Assembly (NCBI GenBank): GCA_030324005.1
Contig: JARDVH010000097.1
Coordinates: forward strand, 72,993,772-73,057,677
Reading direction: 5' to 3'
Length of the DNA: 63,906 nucleotides
Source: Negaprion brevirostris
Lineage: Eukaryota
The notes under the pieces: model-generated
Databases searched by the model: none
Told to the model about the DNA's origin: nothing
The model's input: the letters and a program-made list of their open reading frames with translations, nothing else
In this document: positions 25,796 through 39,164 of the stretch, piece by piece
Layout: the number at the start of each line of letters is the position of its first letter
How positions within the stretch are numbered: the stretch's first letter is position 1
Position numbers and translations under genes: made by a program

Positions 25796-25905
25796 TATTA
25801 TTAAAGTACCAGCTGAAGCACTAAGGTACTGCATGTGCATAATTCTCACCAATTCTATCCTCTGGGATCAGCCAAAGAATAGCTTCTTCATTCCTTCGCT
25901 TCACA

Positions 25906-26184
25906 GGGCCACACAGTAGCACAGTAGTTAGCACTGCTGCATCACAGTGCCAGGGACCCGGGTTCAATTCCCAGCATGGGTCATTGTGTGGCGTTTGCAC
26001 GTTCTTCCCGTGTCTGCATGAGTTTCCTCTGGATGCTCGTTTCCTCCTACAGTTTGAAAGATGTGCTGGTTAGGCGGATTGATCCAAACAGGCACCGGAC
26101 TGTGGCAACTAGGGACATTTCACAGTATTTCACTTCATTGTAGTGTTAATGTTGGCCTTATTTGTGATTAATAAATAAACTTTA
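25906..26184 (+). mobile_element. Full-length V-SINE, tail type A
   Basis: Box A tagcacagtagttagc, box B ggttcaattcc, V-domain, tail ending attaataaataaacttt. Confidence 0.88.
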
Positions 26185-26269
26185 CTTCGCGTTGTTCCAG
26201 GAGAATGCGCACCCGAGAGAAAAATGTCTGGCTTTTAGACAGTCAGATGTTGGGCAGTTTTTTAAAACT

Positions 26270-28205
26270 CGTGCACTTTCACAGGGTGTGGCCATCGCTG
26301 GGCAATCCAGCATTTATTGATTATCTCAAATTGCCTGTGAGAAAGAAGTGGTGAAACATTTTTCTTGCACCACTGCAATCCTTGTAGTCTAAGTACATCC
26401 ACAGTGCTGTTAGGAAGGGAGTTGTAGGATTTTGACCCAGCTACCCTGTAGGAAAGCCATATAATTCTAAGTCAGGGTGCTGTGTCATTTGGACAGGAAC
26501 TTCCGGGTGGTGGTGTTCCCATGCATCTGCTGCCCTTGTCTTTCTAGATGCTGAAGTCATGAGTTTGGAAGATGCTGTCAAAGGAGTCTTGGTGTGTTCC
26601 TGCAGTGCATTTTGTAGATGGTACACATTGCTGCTATAGTGGGTCACTGGGGAGCAAGTAAATGTTGAAGGGTGTGGATGAGGTACCAATCAAGCAGACT
26701 GTTTTGTCCTGGATGGCGTCAAGCTTGTTGAGTTCTTGGAGTGTCATTCATCCAGGCAAGTATAGAGTATTCCATCCCACTCCTGACTTGTGTTTCTGAG
26801 ATGATAAACAAGCTTTGGGGAGTCAGGAGGTGAATTACTCATTGCAGAGTTCCCAGCCTCTGACCTGCTCGAGTGGCCACAGTATATATACGATCAGTCC
26901 AGTTCGGTTTCTGATCAATGGGTTCCCCAGGGTGTTGTTAGTGAAATTTACGGTGATGGTAAAACCACTGAATGTCAAGGAAAGATGGTTAGATTTTCTC
27001 TTGTTGGAGATGGTCATTGCTATTGCTTGGTACTTGTGTGACACAAATGTTACTTGCCATTTATTAGCCCAAGCCTGAATGCTGTCTAGGTCTTGCTGCA
27101 TTCGGAAATAAACTGCTTCAGTTTCTGAAGAATTGCAAGTGCTATTAAACTTTATGTAATCATCAGCGAACATCCTCATTTCTGATCTTAGGACGAAGGG
27201 AAGGTAATTAATGAAGCAGCTGAATATGGTTGGGTCTAGGACACTACCCTGAGTAACTCAGTAACTCATGCAGTGATATCTTGGGACTGAGATGATTGAT
27301 GCCCAACAATCACAAACTTTTTTTTGTGTGAGGCATGACTCCAACCGACCTCCCTCCCCCACCCCAGATTCCAGTATTGCTTGGGCTCCTTGTTGCCATA
27401 AACAGTCAAACGCTGCCTTGATATCAATGCAGTCAATTTCACCTCACCTCTGGTGTTACCCTCTTCTCTCCATGCTTGCACCAATGCTGTAATGAAGATA
27501 AAAGCTGAGTGGCCCTGGCAGAACCCAAACTGAGCATGTGAGCAGGCTGTTGTTGAACAAATGTGCTTTGCACTGTTGGTAACCCCTTCCATCACTTTGC
27601 TAATGGAGGGTAGAATGATCGGACAGAAATTGAAAGAGTTGGATTTGTCCTGTTTTTTGTGGATATGTTATACATGGGCAATTTTCCATTGAGTAGGTAC
27701 TAGTGTTGCAACTGCATTGGAACAGTTGGTTAAGTACATTGCTAATTCTGTGGCAGAAGTCTTCAGTACTATTGCCAGAATGTTGTCAGGGCACATAGTT
27801 TTTGCCTTCAGTGTCCTGATATTGTGTGGATCAATCTGATTGAACACTGGCATCTGTGATGTTGGGGACCTCAGAAGAATGCCAAGGTGGATCATCTATC
27901 CTATATTTTCAACTGAGGATGTTTGAAAATGCTTCACCCCTTTCTTTTGTACTGAAGTGCTGAATCTCCCATCATTGAGGATAGGGATATTTGTGGAGCC
28001 TTCTCCTCCAGTTAATTACGTAATTGTCCATGAGCATTCACGACTACATGTGGCAGGACTGCAGAGTTTAGTCCTGATCCATTGATGGTGGGATTTCCCA
28101 GCTCTGTCTGCTGTTTATACTGTTCGGAATGCAAGAAGTCCTGAGTTGTAGCTTCACTAGGTGACATTTCATTTTTAGGTATGCACGGTGCCGTTCAGCA
28201 TTCTC
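26270..28205 (-). mobile_element. ~1.9-kb decayed LINE ORF2 and 3' UTR (CR1/L2 group)
   Basis: Minus ORFs RMFADD...MQQDLDSIQAWANKWQVTF, AQFGFCQGHSA, KTMCPDNILAIVLKTSATELA. Confidence 0.85.
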
Positions 28206-31200
28206 CATTTTAACCTGGTTTATTACAAAACTCACATTCCTAACAACAACTCAGATTTATATGACAACAATTTTGGATTTACTTTCAACACTGTAAAAAA
28301 TATACTGATGATGTTCCTCTGGAGAACGTTCTGAGGTCTTTGACTTTAATTTCATCTTCTACGTTCAGAACAATCAAGGAATAATTTCCTCAATCAAGGT
28401 GCTTTTGCAAAATTCCATTTCACAGAGCATTAAAACATTCATCATTCACTGCATGACCGCACAAACACAGCACAATTTTAACTCAGCTAAACTCCTGAAA
28501 AGTGCACAACTTTGCATTGGTCTGAAGAAACTGACTTTAAAGTCAAACTGACTCTTGGGTCAGCACACAAGACGATGCATGTTGTACAGTTTTACTAAGT
28601 TATCCATTCAATAATAGTATTTCCCTGTTTGAAAGGCACAGCTATTTCTGAACTGTAGACCTAGCCCCTGCCATTATCAACATTCACTAATTTCCAATTT
28701 ATGGAGGAAACAGCCATTTACAGGTCAAGGCACATTAAGATTGATTTACCAGCCCATGAAATCACACAAATTGCTAATAATAAGGCACATTAGTATACGT
28801 CACAGGAGAAAGATTCAGCCTTTGCATAATAAAGTATTTTCCCTCTAATTTTCAGAAATTAGTACATTCAGAAATATCACAGTTCCAAGAGCACTGCTGT
28901 CCAAATATGCTAGAGATTAGTTTTCGCAAAATGTGTTTTACCGAACATGTTCAGTGATGATAGCGTACAACCCAAGTGTAGTCCTTTGGAATTAGATCTT
29001 ATTCACAAGAAATTATAATATCAGGAGCTTCATGCAATCAGGAACTGGCGGATTGATCAGCAGGTTGATGCAGATAGACATGGAATTAAAGACAAACAGG
29101 GACTGAAGCTGGACTCCCAGTAAATTCAAGACAGCTGCAGAGGAAAACGTGTTAGAAGAATAATCGTACAATGAAAAACGGCAGACAAATTGCTTCAGAA
29201 GTGTGATGCAGTAACACAGGAGCAACCTGTTAAAGAAACCTTGGAAACCAACTTAAGAATTTAAACAAAACTATTACAAACAAAAATGCTAAAACTGGCA
29301 CAATCAATTATGTTTTCAGAAGGAATAATTGAATATAATTTGTACAAACACTTCCTAGGGCAAAAAGGATTAGCACTCCTAATATAAAATCAAAATAGGA
29401 TTAGCATTCTGGTTTCTATTAGGAGAGAGAACATCATTATGGAAACCCTGTTTCACTTTAGAAGGAACTCTGAATTGTAAGTATGTGTTAATGGTAAGAA
29501 ACAGTATAGTCAGGAAAATAGATACTGTTTTCTCAGTTGCACTCAGGAATCCTTAAGGTTGCCCTGACTGCCCAGTGCCAGGGTTAAAAACAGCTCCTCA
29601 CAGCAGAACTTATAGGGGAAGTGGGCTCGGAGGTCTCACTGAGCAAACTGCCGATCTACTTCACACATAATAAATATCCTGCCAAAGTCAACGGACAGTT
29701 GAACAGCTCGTGTATTTTATGGCATCACACCTACTGCAATGGGACAATAAAATTCTATTTGAGATGATATTCACTAGTTATACATGATAGTTAACTTAAT
29801 TCTTCAGGCTGAGCTACCAAACATATATACACAGGACATGCCAACAGTGGTACTGACCTTAACAAGTCCATGACATATAGGGAAATGCTAGAAATCAAAC
29901 TAACAATTTGTGATTTAAAATGGTGGATTGATGATGAATCAACATCCTGAAACCATTTGTTATACAATGCGTTTGGAGGTAAGATCCTAAAGACATTTGT
30001 TGATTATTTTTAAGCATGTTTTGTGAAATATCAGTGTATTGCAACCTGCACATGGTATATTTCATAAATCCAATCTTTCTCCCCCCACAGAAAAGGAATA
30101 GATGTTGTGTAATTGGCTGGAATGCCAAATCTATTAAGTCTTTTCTAGCTAATTCTGAACATCTAAATGTGAGAGGTATTAACAAGTGTGCTTTTATATT
30201 TCCTTCTTCTCATTTCACTTACAATTGGGATTTAATAGTTAGTATTTTTCTGACTGACCACTGCACATTTCTATCACAGATGTATTTTGAATGAAATGCC
30301 TTAATGTGCTTAAATGATCCTTTCTGTAGGAGTTTTTCATTCCAATAACTAGATTTGATTCTTCTGAATGTTATATTAAATAAGAGCACAATATTTGCAC
30401 TCTTTTAGGTTTGCTTACAATATGAAATTATTCTTCCTGGCCACTGATTTAATATTGATTTGATTAGCTAATCAGCTAATTAAAATGCAGCAGCGTAGAT
30501 TGGTGCAGGAACCCATTACAACGGTTTTCCAAAATGAAACAGAAATGTCAAGTAGATTTCTGCTAACTGCACTTTGTCATATTTTTAAAATTATTNNNNN
30601 NNNNNNNNNNNNNNNNNNNNNNNNNNNNNNNNNNNNNNNNNNNNNNNNNNNNNNNNNNNNNNNNNNNNNNNNNNNNNNNNNNNNNNNNNNNNNNNNNNNN
30701 NNNNNNNNNNNNNNNNNNNNNNNNNNNNNNNNNNNNNNNNNNNNNNNNNNNNNNNNNNNNNNNNNNNNNNNNNNNNNNNNNNNAGGAAGGAGGAACATGT
30801 TAAAATAAGGTTAAAATAAAGTTTTGCAGAACCAAGAAATCAAACTTTCAAATTGTGCAAAAAGCTGAAGCTTTTCAATTATGCAAGAGCAAAACAATTA
30901 GGAGGTGACCACAGGATAGGTTAAGAATGGATATTTTATCCACAGTGTCCTCAGACTGCAAGGAAAGGATCTTTCATCAGTGAGCCAAATTTGATCATAC
31001 AAAGCCACACAAATCACTGTTATCAATTAGAGTTGCCACACCATGTCTAAACTCATTAACTTCAACAATTTATGCCTGATTCAACAAAGGCTAAGCATCC
31101 ATACAATATTTGTGGTGACTTTTCAATAGATTGTAAAATCTACTAAGAGGGGTCTTATGGCTCAGTGGGTTGCGGCCCTGCCTCGTAGTCATCAAATTGT

Positions 31201-31467
31201 ACTGTACATACATAGGCTTCTGAACAAAAGTCTTAATTTGCATGTATTCTTGGGATAACACATGAAATTCGGGATATTTGTTCAGCAGTCTTACTTCTAA
31301 CGAAGTCGTCACACTAATGTTTTTGTGATTCAGATACCAGGGCACTCATATCCTTCTCCATTTAAATAATATGCCGCTTTGCTATTCTTCCTGCCAAAGT
31401 TCACATTTCCCCAGATGTAACGGCACACTCACTTAACCTATCCATATCCCTTTGCAGACTTTATCAT

Positions 31468-32491
31468 TGGGATTCTCCCAAAAACATTGCAAGTTCCCAA
31501 ATGGGAGTAAATCCGCTACTTTTTTCAGCATGATTTCCAGATTCAATCTCCCACACTGGGCATCACAGAATGCCCCAGTAGCAGTGGGTGGGGCCTATTC
31601 CCACCGAGATGCTGGCAGCATGGTGCTGAGCAGGCCACTGCGCATGCACCAATCTAACAGCACTGAGATTGGCACATNNNNNNNNNNNNNNNNNNNNNNN
31701 NNNNNNNNNNNNNNNNNNNNNNNNNNNNNNNNNNNNNNNNNNNNNNNNNNNNNNNNNNNNNNNNNNNNNNNNNNNNNNNNNNNNNNNNNNNNNNNNNNNN
31801 NNNNNNNNNNNNNNNNNNNNNNNNNNNNNNNNNNNNNNNNNNNNNNNNNNNNNNNNNNNNNNNNNNNNNNNNNNNNNNNNNNNNNNNNNNNNNNNNNNNN
31901 NNNNNNNNNNNNNNNNNNNNNNNCCACCCCCCCCACCCTCCAAACCTGTTTGGCCTGCTCTAATTGCCATCCTCCCTCCCCCGATACTGATTCAGCAATC
32001 CTCAGTGCCGAGTGGCAGCGGGACCCCACTCCCCCCTAGGCCCCACCCCCTTGGCGCTGCCCAATGTCCACAGGCATTGCCACTTTGCCCCTTGAGCAAG
32101 CCAGGGAGCCAAGCTGGCACCCCCTTACTCCTGACCTTCTGGAGGGCCTCCTTGGCCTCTTTTCACTTCAGCCAGGTCAGGCCCCCTGTCCCCCATTAGT
32201 GGGAAGCAGTTGTAACATTCCTGGCCGGGGGTTGGGGGGGGAGGGAGAGGAGGATGGGGGTATGAGACCCTAGTGGGCATGGAGACATCAGTGCTGGGTT
32301 CACTAATGAAACGGAACTATGGATTAGCATATTGTAATCAGTGCCATGCCAATTTCCAGTGCAGAGCTGATTACTCTGAAAATCTTTGCCACGGCGATGT
32401 ACAGAGGCCATGGCGCCAAGTAGGAAGCCTGCAAAATGGCCTCCACTGATACTTCCCTGCCCCGTCGCGCGAGCTGCAAGAATCACACCCC
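31468..32491 (+). mobile_element. GC-rich TIR element with hairpin (gapped)
   Basis: Start gggattctcccaaaaa, gggcctattccc...cactgcgcatgcaccaatct, end aagaatcacacccc. Confidence 0.75.
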
Positions 32492-32494
32492 CTC

Positions 32495-33090
32495 TCATGT
32501 TCCCTTTACCACTTTTTCCCCTCCCTATCTTTGTGTCATCTGAAAATTTAGTAGCTAAGCATTTGGCCTCTTCATCCACTTCACTGATAAACACTGAACT
32601 GTTGAGGTCCCAGCACTGATCCCTGTGTCATTCCACTCATTACATTTTGCCAGTCTGAAAAATAACCTATTTATACTAATTCTGTTTCCTGATCAATCCC
32701 TATCCAGGCTAATTATTATCCCCTATACCATGTGCTCTTGCTTCACATAGCAAGCTTTGATGTGGCACCTTGCCAAATGCCACCTGGAAATCAAAGTACA
32801 CCACATTCACAGGTCCCCCATTATCTATGTTGCTAATTATTTCCTCAAAGAAATTTGTCAAAACACAATTTTCGTTCCACAAAAACAAAACTGACTCCAT
32901 CTGGCTACAATGAGATTTTCTGAATAACCTTCTTAATAATAGATCCCAGCAGAGTCCTTGTTATAAATACTAAGCTAACTGGCCTCTTGTTTCCTGCTTT
33001 CTGTCTCCCTCCTTTCTTAAAAATAGGAGCGACATTAGTTATTTTCTAATCTGATGAAACCCTTCCAGAGTCTTGGGAATTTTGGAAAAC
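32495..33090 (-). mobile_element. CR1 RT core fragment
   Basis: TKFSDDTKIG; CVLTNFFEEI...VNVVYFDFQVAFGKVPHQSLL. 31340-31465 looks like its continuation on the other side of the TIR element. Confidence 0.85.
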
Positions 33091-33102
33091 GAAAAAACAA
33101 TT

Positions 33103-33390
33103 AATTTTGTCCTTCATTGCTAGAGGGATAGAGTTTAAAAACAGCGAGATCATGTTGCAGCTGTATAAGGTGCTGGTGAGGCCACACCTGAAGTACTATG
33201 TATAGTTTTGGTCTCTACTTGAGAAAGGATGTACTGGCACTGGAGGGGGCGCAGAGGAGATTCACTAGGTTGATTCTGGAGTTGAGAGGGGTGGCTTATG
33301 AGGAACGGCTGAATAGACTGGGATTATACTCATTTGAATTTAGAATAATGAGGGGGGATCTTAAAGAAACATATAAAATTATGAAGGAAA
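33103..33390 (+). mobile_element. Younger CR1 RT 3' fragment in opposite orientation
   Basis: LRKDVLALEGAQRRFTRLILELRGVAYEERLNRLGLYS...RGDLKETYKIMK. Confidence 0.9.
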
Positions 33391-33930
33391 NNNNNNNNNN
33401 NNNNNNNNNNNNNNNNNNNNNNNNNNNNNNNNNNNNNNNNNNNNNNNNNNNNNNNNNNNNNNNNNNNNNNNNNNNNNNNNNNNNNNNNNNNNNNNNNNNN
33501 NNNNNNNNNNNNNNNNNNNNNNNNNNNNNNNNNNNNNNNNNNNNNNNNNNNNNNNNNNNNNNNNNNNNNNNNNNNNNNNNNNNNNNNNNNNNNNNNNNNN
33601 NNNNNNNNNNNNNNNNNNNNNNNNNNNNNNNNNNNNNNNNNNNNNNNNNNNNNNNNNNNNNNNNNNNNNNNNNNNNNNNNNNNNNNNNNNNNNNNNNNNN
33701 NNNNNNNNNNNNNNNNNNNNNNNNNNNNNNNNNNNNNNNNNNNNNNNNNNNNNNNNNNNNNNNNNNNNNNNNNNNNNNNNNNNNNNNNNNNNNNNNNNNN
33801 NNNNNNNNNNNNNNNNNNNNNNNNNNNNNNNNNNNNNNNNNNNNNNNNNNNNNNNNNNNNNNNNNNNNNNNNNNNNNNNNNNNNNNNNNNNNNNNNNNNN
33901 NNNNNNNNNNNNNNNNNAATTCCCAAGACT

Positions 33931-35450
33931 GGCTCACTTTGCTTAGTCTTTTCATTTTTAAATACCTGCAGAAGCTGTAATATGTTCTCATATTCCGAGT
34001 TAGCTTTTTTTAAATCATACTCTGATTTCTCACTTTTATCATTCTTTGATTTTTTTTTACACAATCCAATCTTCTAACCATCATGAAACTTTGTGGAATT
34101 GTACACCTTTTTTTTCCAATTCAATCCTATCTTTAACTTCCATAGTTAGTAAAAGTGCGTCCTTTCCCCAGAGTCTTTCCTCTTCACTGGAATGTATCTT
34201 CACTTGGTGTTGTGAAATATCTCTTTAACTGTCTGCCACTGTATCTTTGCTGACCTATCCTGGAATTTTCCAGTTCACTTTAGCCAGATGTCTTTATATG
34301 CTCATAATTGTCACTGTTTGAGTTTAAAATACTGTTCTTGAACTTACTCTTCTTTCCCTTGAACAGAATGCAAAATTTATCATACTATGATCACTGTTGC
34401 CTAAGAGCTGCTTTACTATGGGTCATGAATTAATCCTGTCACGTTGCACATCAGCAGATGCAGAACANNNNNNNNNNNNNNNNNNNNNNNNNNNNNNNNN
34501 NNNNNNNNNNNNNNNNNNNNNNNNNNNNNNNNNNNNNNNNNNNNNNNNNNNNNNNNNNNNNNNNNNNTTGCACATCAGCAGATGCAGAACAACATGCTCT
34601 TCGATTGGGTGTAGATTGTGTTGCTTTAAGAAACCATCCTGAAAACACAATGAACTTATTTTCCAGGCTACTCTTGCCAATCTGATTCATTCAATTTATA
34701 TGTCAATTCAAATTACCCATAATTATTGCTGTACCCTTCTCATAAGCCCTCATTATTTCTTCCAATATACCCCTTCCTACAAGGTGTGACAGTGACTTCC
34801 TACCTTTACTATTTCTTATCTCTACCAAAACTTATTCTACATCTTGATTAAGGTCTTTTCTCTTCATTGTACCAATGTCATCTTAATTAATAGAGCTGCC
34901 CCTCTACCTTTTCCTTGCTTCCTAGACTTCCAAAATGTCATGCACCCTTGAATATTCAAGTTCCAGCCATTGTTATTTTGTAGTCATGTCTCTGAAATGA
35001 CTACCAGATTATAAATATTTACTTCTATCAGCACTCTCAATTCATCCATCTTGTTATGAATGCTATGGGCATTTAGATACAGATCCTTTAGTCCTGTCCT
35101 TTTGTTATTTTTGCAACCTCTAGTCTTATTTGCTGGCACACAGTTAGGTTTGTACACTCTGTCCTTCCCTGCCATCATTTCCCTTATTGTCACATTGCTG
35201 ACTTGCTTTGTCTTTTCTCTTTATTTTATCACATTTTCTCACACTTGCTCCCTTGTCCCACTATTTAGTTTAAAGCCCTCTCTACTACTCGAGACAATAC
35301 TCACTAGAACACAAGTCCCAGCATGGTTCACGTGAAAACCATCCCAACGACATTGCTTCCACTTTTCCCACTACTGGTGCTAGTACCCCATGAGTCAAAA
35401 CCCATTTTGTCAATATCAATCTTTGAATCACACATTTAACTCTCTTATTT
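33931..35450 (-). mobile_element. CR1 endonuclease domain and upstream region
   Basis: GLKDLYLNAHSIHNKMDELRVLIEVNIYNLVVISET (APE N-terminus); QDGFLKQH...HVVL. Confidence 0.85.
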
Positions 35451-35499
35451 ACAACTAGTTATTTAGCCAAACAAAACTTGTCTATTGCTGAAAGAAACA

Positions 35500-36265
35500 G
35501 ATAATGTGGTTTAGAAGGCGTATGTTTCACTTGCCTTTACTAGCTGAGATACAGAGTTTAAGAACCAAGAGGTTATGATGGAACTACCTAAAATGTTAGT
35601 TAGGCCACAGCTGGAATATTTGCCAGAATTCTACCACCCTGCTGCCATGGAATCGGAGTGGGCGAGGGGCAGACAATGGAAACGTCCATTGACCTCATAA
35701 CGGAAATTTCCAATTTCACTTGAGCAAGGCTATAAAATCCCACTCATAGTGTGCACTTCTGGAATCCACGTTATAGGAGGGATGTGATAGCACTGGAAAG
35801 GGTGCGGAGGAGATATACCAAGATGTTGCCTAGGCTGGACAGTTTTTGTTGTGAAGAGAGATTGGATAGCCTGGGGCTGTTTTCCTTGGAGCGGACGAGA
35901 CTAAGGGGGGGGACATGTTTGAGATGTATAAAATTATGAGGGGCATAGATATAGTAGACAGGAAGAAACTCTTCTCCTTGAAGGAATCAATGACTAGGGG
36001 GGAGAGATTTAAACTAAGGAGCAGGAGGTTTAGAGGGGATGTGAGGAAAAGCTTTTTCACCCAAAGGGTTTTGGGAGACCAGACTGAAAGAGTGATGGAG
36101 GCAGAAACCGTCATAACATTTATGAAGTATTTAGATGTGTGCTTGCAATGCCAAGGCATATAAGGCTATGGGTCAAGTGCTGGAAAATGGGGTAGCTTGT
36201 CTTTGACTGGCGATGATACAATGGACCAAAGGGCCTTTTTCTGTGCTGCATTCCTCTATGATTAT
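35500..36265 (+). mobile_element. CR1 3' portion with a nested MITE
   Basis: FWNPRYRRDVIALERVRRR...YKIMRGIDIVD...RKSFFTQRV; tail gaccaaagggcc...ctatgattatg. Confidence 0.9.
35620..35747. mobile_element. ~125-bp MITE inserted in CR1
   Basis: Interrupts ctggaatat|gtgtgcacttctgg; ends ccagaattctacc ... ctataaaatcccactc. Confidence 0.7.
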
Positions 36266-38859
36266 GTCCAAGCTTTTTGTCTTGTACTAATCATACTTGG
36301 TCACACCACTGACGCAAGGGGAAAACAACAATATACAGTACGAGACAGAAATGCTAATTGGCTGGCCAGTGAACTCTGGTAGAGGTCATGAAAAATACAC
36401 CAGGAAATTGACAGTTAACTGCCAAGCATTGTTTGGCATTTAAACAGGCAGCTTGACCCTGATTGGTCGAGGCATGTCCTTGAGCAACAAGTCAGCAAAT
36501 TACTGTCACTTACTTTATTTAGCTGAAACAGGCATAACNNNNNNNNNNCGTGTGTACATATTCTGTCTGCAAAGACCAGGGCTCTGTGTATTAATATATG
36601 TAACTTCCAGTACACACAAATGTGCCACATTGCGAACACAACTGACAATGTCAAATTGGTTGTCAGCACCAAATCCCTCATTCATTAAATTACCAAATTC
36701 ACATCTGTGACTACCCACACATAGTAACCAGCTACGCCTTTGTGCTTCATATCTTGCAGCTAGAAAGGAAGCCAAGGCTGCAAAGCTGATTGACCAGAAG
36801 GTCTGGGAACTCTTCCAGGGCGCCTCATTCAGGATACAAATTAACACTAGATTGCTGAGGGAGAACTAGGAATGCTCTTCTCATTGGTCAAGAGTTGGAA
36901 ATTTTGGGTTAGTTGTTCATTGTATGCATCCATTCGCCACGCAATCTACAAAATGGATATTAAAAATAGGAGTGCATCATTGAGGTCTTTGCACTGGCTA
37001 AGAGTTTGCATTTGTCACAGGACACTTGAAGGACATTTGTTGGGAGAGAGTTAAGAGTTTACTGAGAGAATTCTTGCCAGAAAGGTAACATTTGGATAAC
37101 ATATTGGCAGCTGATGGGAATTTGTCACAGGTTGAGGGTGGGGTGGTTGCTGTAATTACCTAGTGTCAGTCTCAATCAGTTACTAAAGTATTTATCAGAG
37201 TTTAAGGATTATCATAAGATTTCAGTATAGAGATCAGTGAATCCTGTGCAGACACAATTGTCAGGCTGAAGTAATTGCCTTGACAGAGTGAGAGCGACAG
37301 CAATCTTCCAGCAGGAAGCTGTGAAGGATGTAGCTTCAGCAGTAAAGCTAGTCTGGAAAGTTGTGGTTTGGAAAAGGATCCACGAGAGATGAAGTCTTAA
37401 AATTGCAAGTATGTTAGAGTTAAGGTTGTTTAAAATCTAAGGGCATCGTGAGTCAGGAGGCCAGGTCCAAGGAACTAAGAGGAGACTGCAAAAATCCCAG
37501 AATCTGTGAGAAAGACATGGACACTGAAGTTGAGTATTGTGCCATACCTCAAATAGTGAAATGTTAAGCATCAATCTTTTTTGTCAAATAGACTTCATTA
37601 ATTTGCATTCTAAATTTGTGCTTGTTCTTTTCGTCAATGTGGTTATGCCTCAACAAGAATTTTGTTACTGAGTTTAATGTAGAACCAAATCCCTACACTA
37701 CAGAAACAGATACAAGCAAGTCATCTGTCTGCCTCATCAGTCACTAAATGCAAGAACCTTCGAAATTCTACTAAATGCAACTTTTTTTGCATTAAAACCA
37801 AGTTTTTGTTTTGACTGAGGGTCCAGTCAAATTGATTATTGATGAGTTTAAGGAAACAAAACAGAAATAAAGTATGCCCAAAACTGCACAATATTCCATA
37901 TGGGGCCTACCAATGAGTTATATCAGGTGAACCAAGTGCTTTGAAGGCTGTAAAACTTTTACTTGGTGCCTTGTTCAGCATCTCACTGGTCCCCACCCCC
38001 ACTCATTTCTTTGAGGATCCCAAGGTGCATTTCATCTGCTCCAGACGCCTTGTGGGCACTTAGTGCTTTGATTTCCTTCATAACACATGCTTAACTGACC
38101 TCCACATCTGTTATATCTGTTGTTTGGACCTGGAATTTGCTCAAGATCTTCATCTGTGATGACTGATGTGCAGAATTCATTTAACACATCTGCCATTTCC
38201 TGATCCTCTAGATTTTGACCCACTTGTCCCACTGTTAATCTTTGTCTCTTTCACTGTCACAAAAAAAGCTTTTCAATCACTCTTGTGGTATCTGCAGCAA
38301 TTCATAACTGACCGTGCAGGATTTCCAATCTTAAACAGCTTTTGACTTTGCCTTTTTAAATTTTGATCTTGCAATGTAGATTTCTTTGCAGTTTCCTGGA
38401 TGAATAATTTGTTCAAAGTCTCTTTCAATCATTTAAATAATTTTTAAAAAAATTTACACAACTGTTTTCATTGGAGCTTCTCCAGCCAGGCAGTTTTGCT
38501 TTATTAATGATCAATGATGTCATTGATTTTAATATTAGTTGTCAACACTGGTCAACATTAAAACATGTCACCCCATTGCAGTTTATGTTCAAGATTCACT
38601 CAATTATTATCATCACAAACTTGCCTGATCTTACAAAAGATGTCTACACCATTTGGTTTTTCCTCATCTTTTCAATAATGAAGATATCCCTCATTATTAT
38701 CACAATGTAGCTCTTAAAATGCATTTACAGTATAACGGTACAGCCAGTCCAAAAGCAAATTCACTTCAAAGTAATACTATTGTCAGTTCATACCTGAACG
38801 TCAATCTTACATTCCAGGCTATTTTGTTTCCATTGCTATAAAAGACAAATCCATTTTGC

Positions 38860-39015
38860 ACCAACATTTATAATGTAATGGCTTGCTATGTGCAAGTTGA
38901 CTGCTGTATTCCTACCTTACAATAGTAACTGCACTTCACTTCAAAAACACTTCATTGACTATAAGGCATTTTGAGGTGTCCTGAAATTGCAGAAAGTGCC
39001 AAATAAATTAAAGTT
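38860..39015 (+). mobile_element. Deu-SINE 3' fragment
   Basis: cttgctatgtgcaagttgactgctgtattcctaccttacaatagtaactgcacttc...gaggtgtcctga. Confidence 0.65.
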
Positions 39016-39164
39016 CTCTCTTTAATGCTGAAAAATCACTGACATGTGCGCTGTAACTCACCTGAATAATTGTCTTTCTTACTGTGCATGTTGTACTGAC
39101 AGTGCACATCTATTTCAATTATTGCCATTACTGCCAAGTTGATACTTATGAAATCAAAAATAGA

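Noticed and set aside
25906-25980. tRNA-like A/B boxes (also at 310, 52369, 55850, 31147)
   Set aside because: SINE heads, not tRNA genes; no full cloverleaf or Pol III terminator.
33198-34064. Long ORFs (231-260 aa) here and at 12097-12963 and 31452-32199
   Set aside because: Length comes from N runs; the real parts are CR1 or GC-rich repeat.
34444-34591. Repeat ttgcacatcagcagatgcagaaca on both sides of a gap
   Set aside because: Contig overlap artefact.
37122-37702. Possible solo LTR (TG...CA, purine-rich)
   Set aside because: No matching TSD, PBS or second copy; unsupported.
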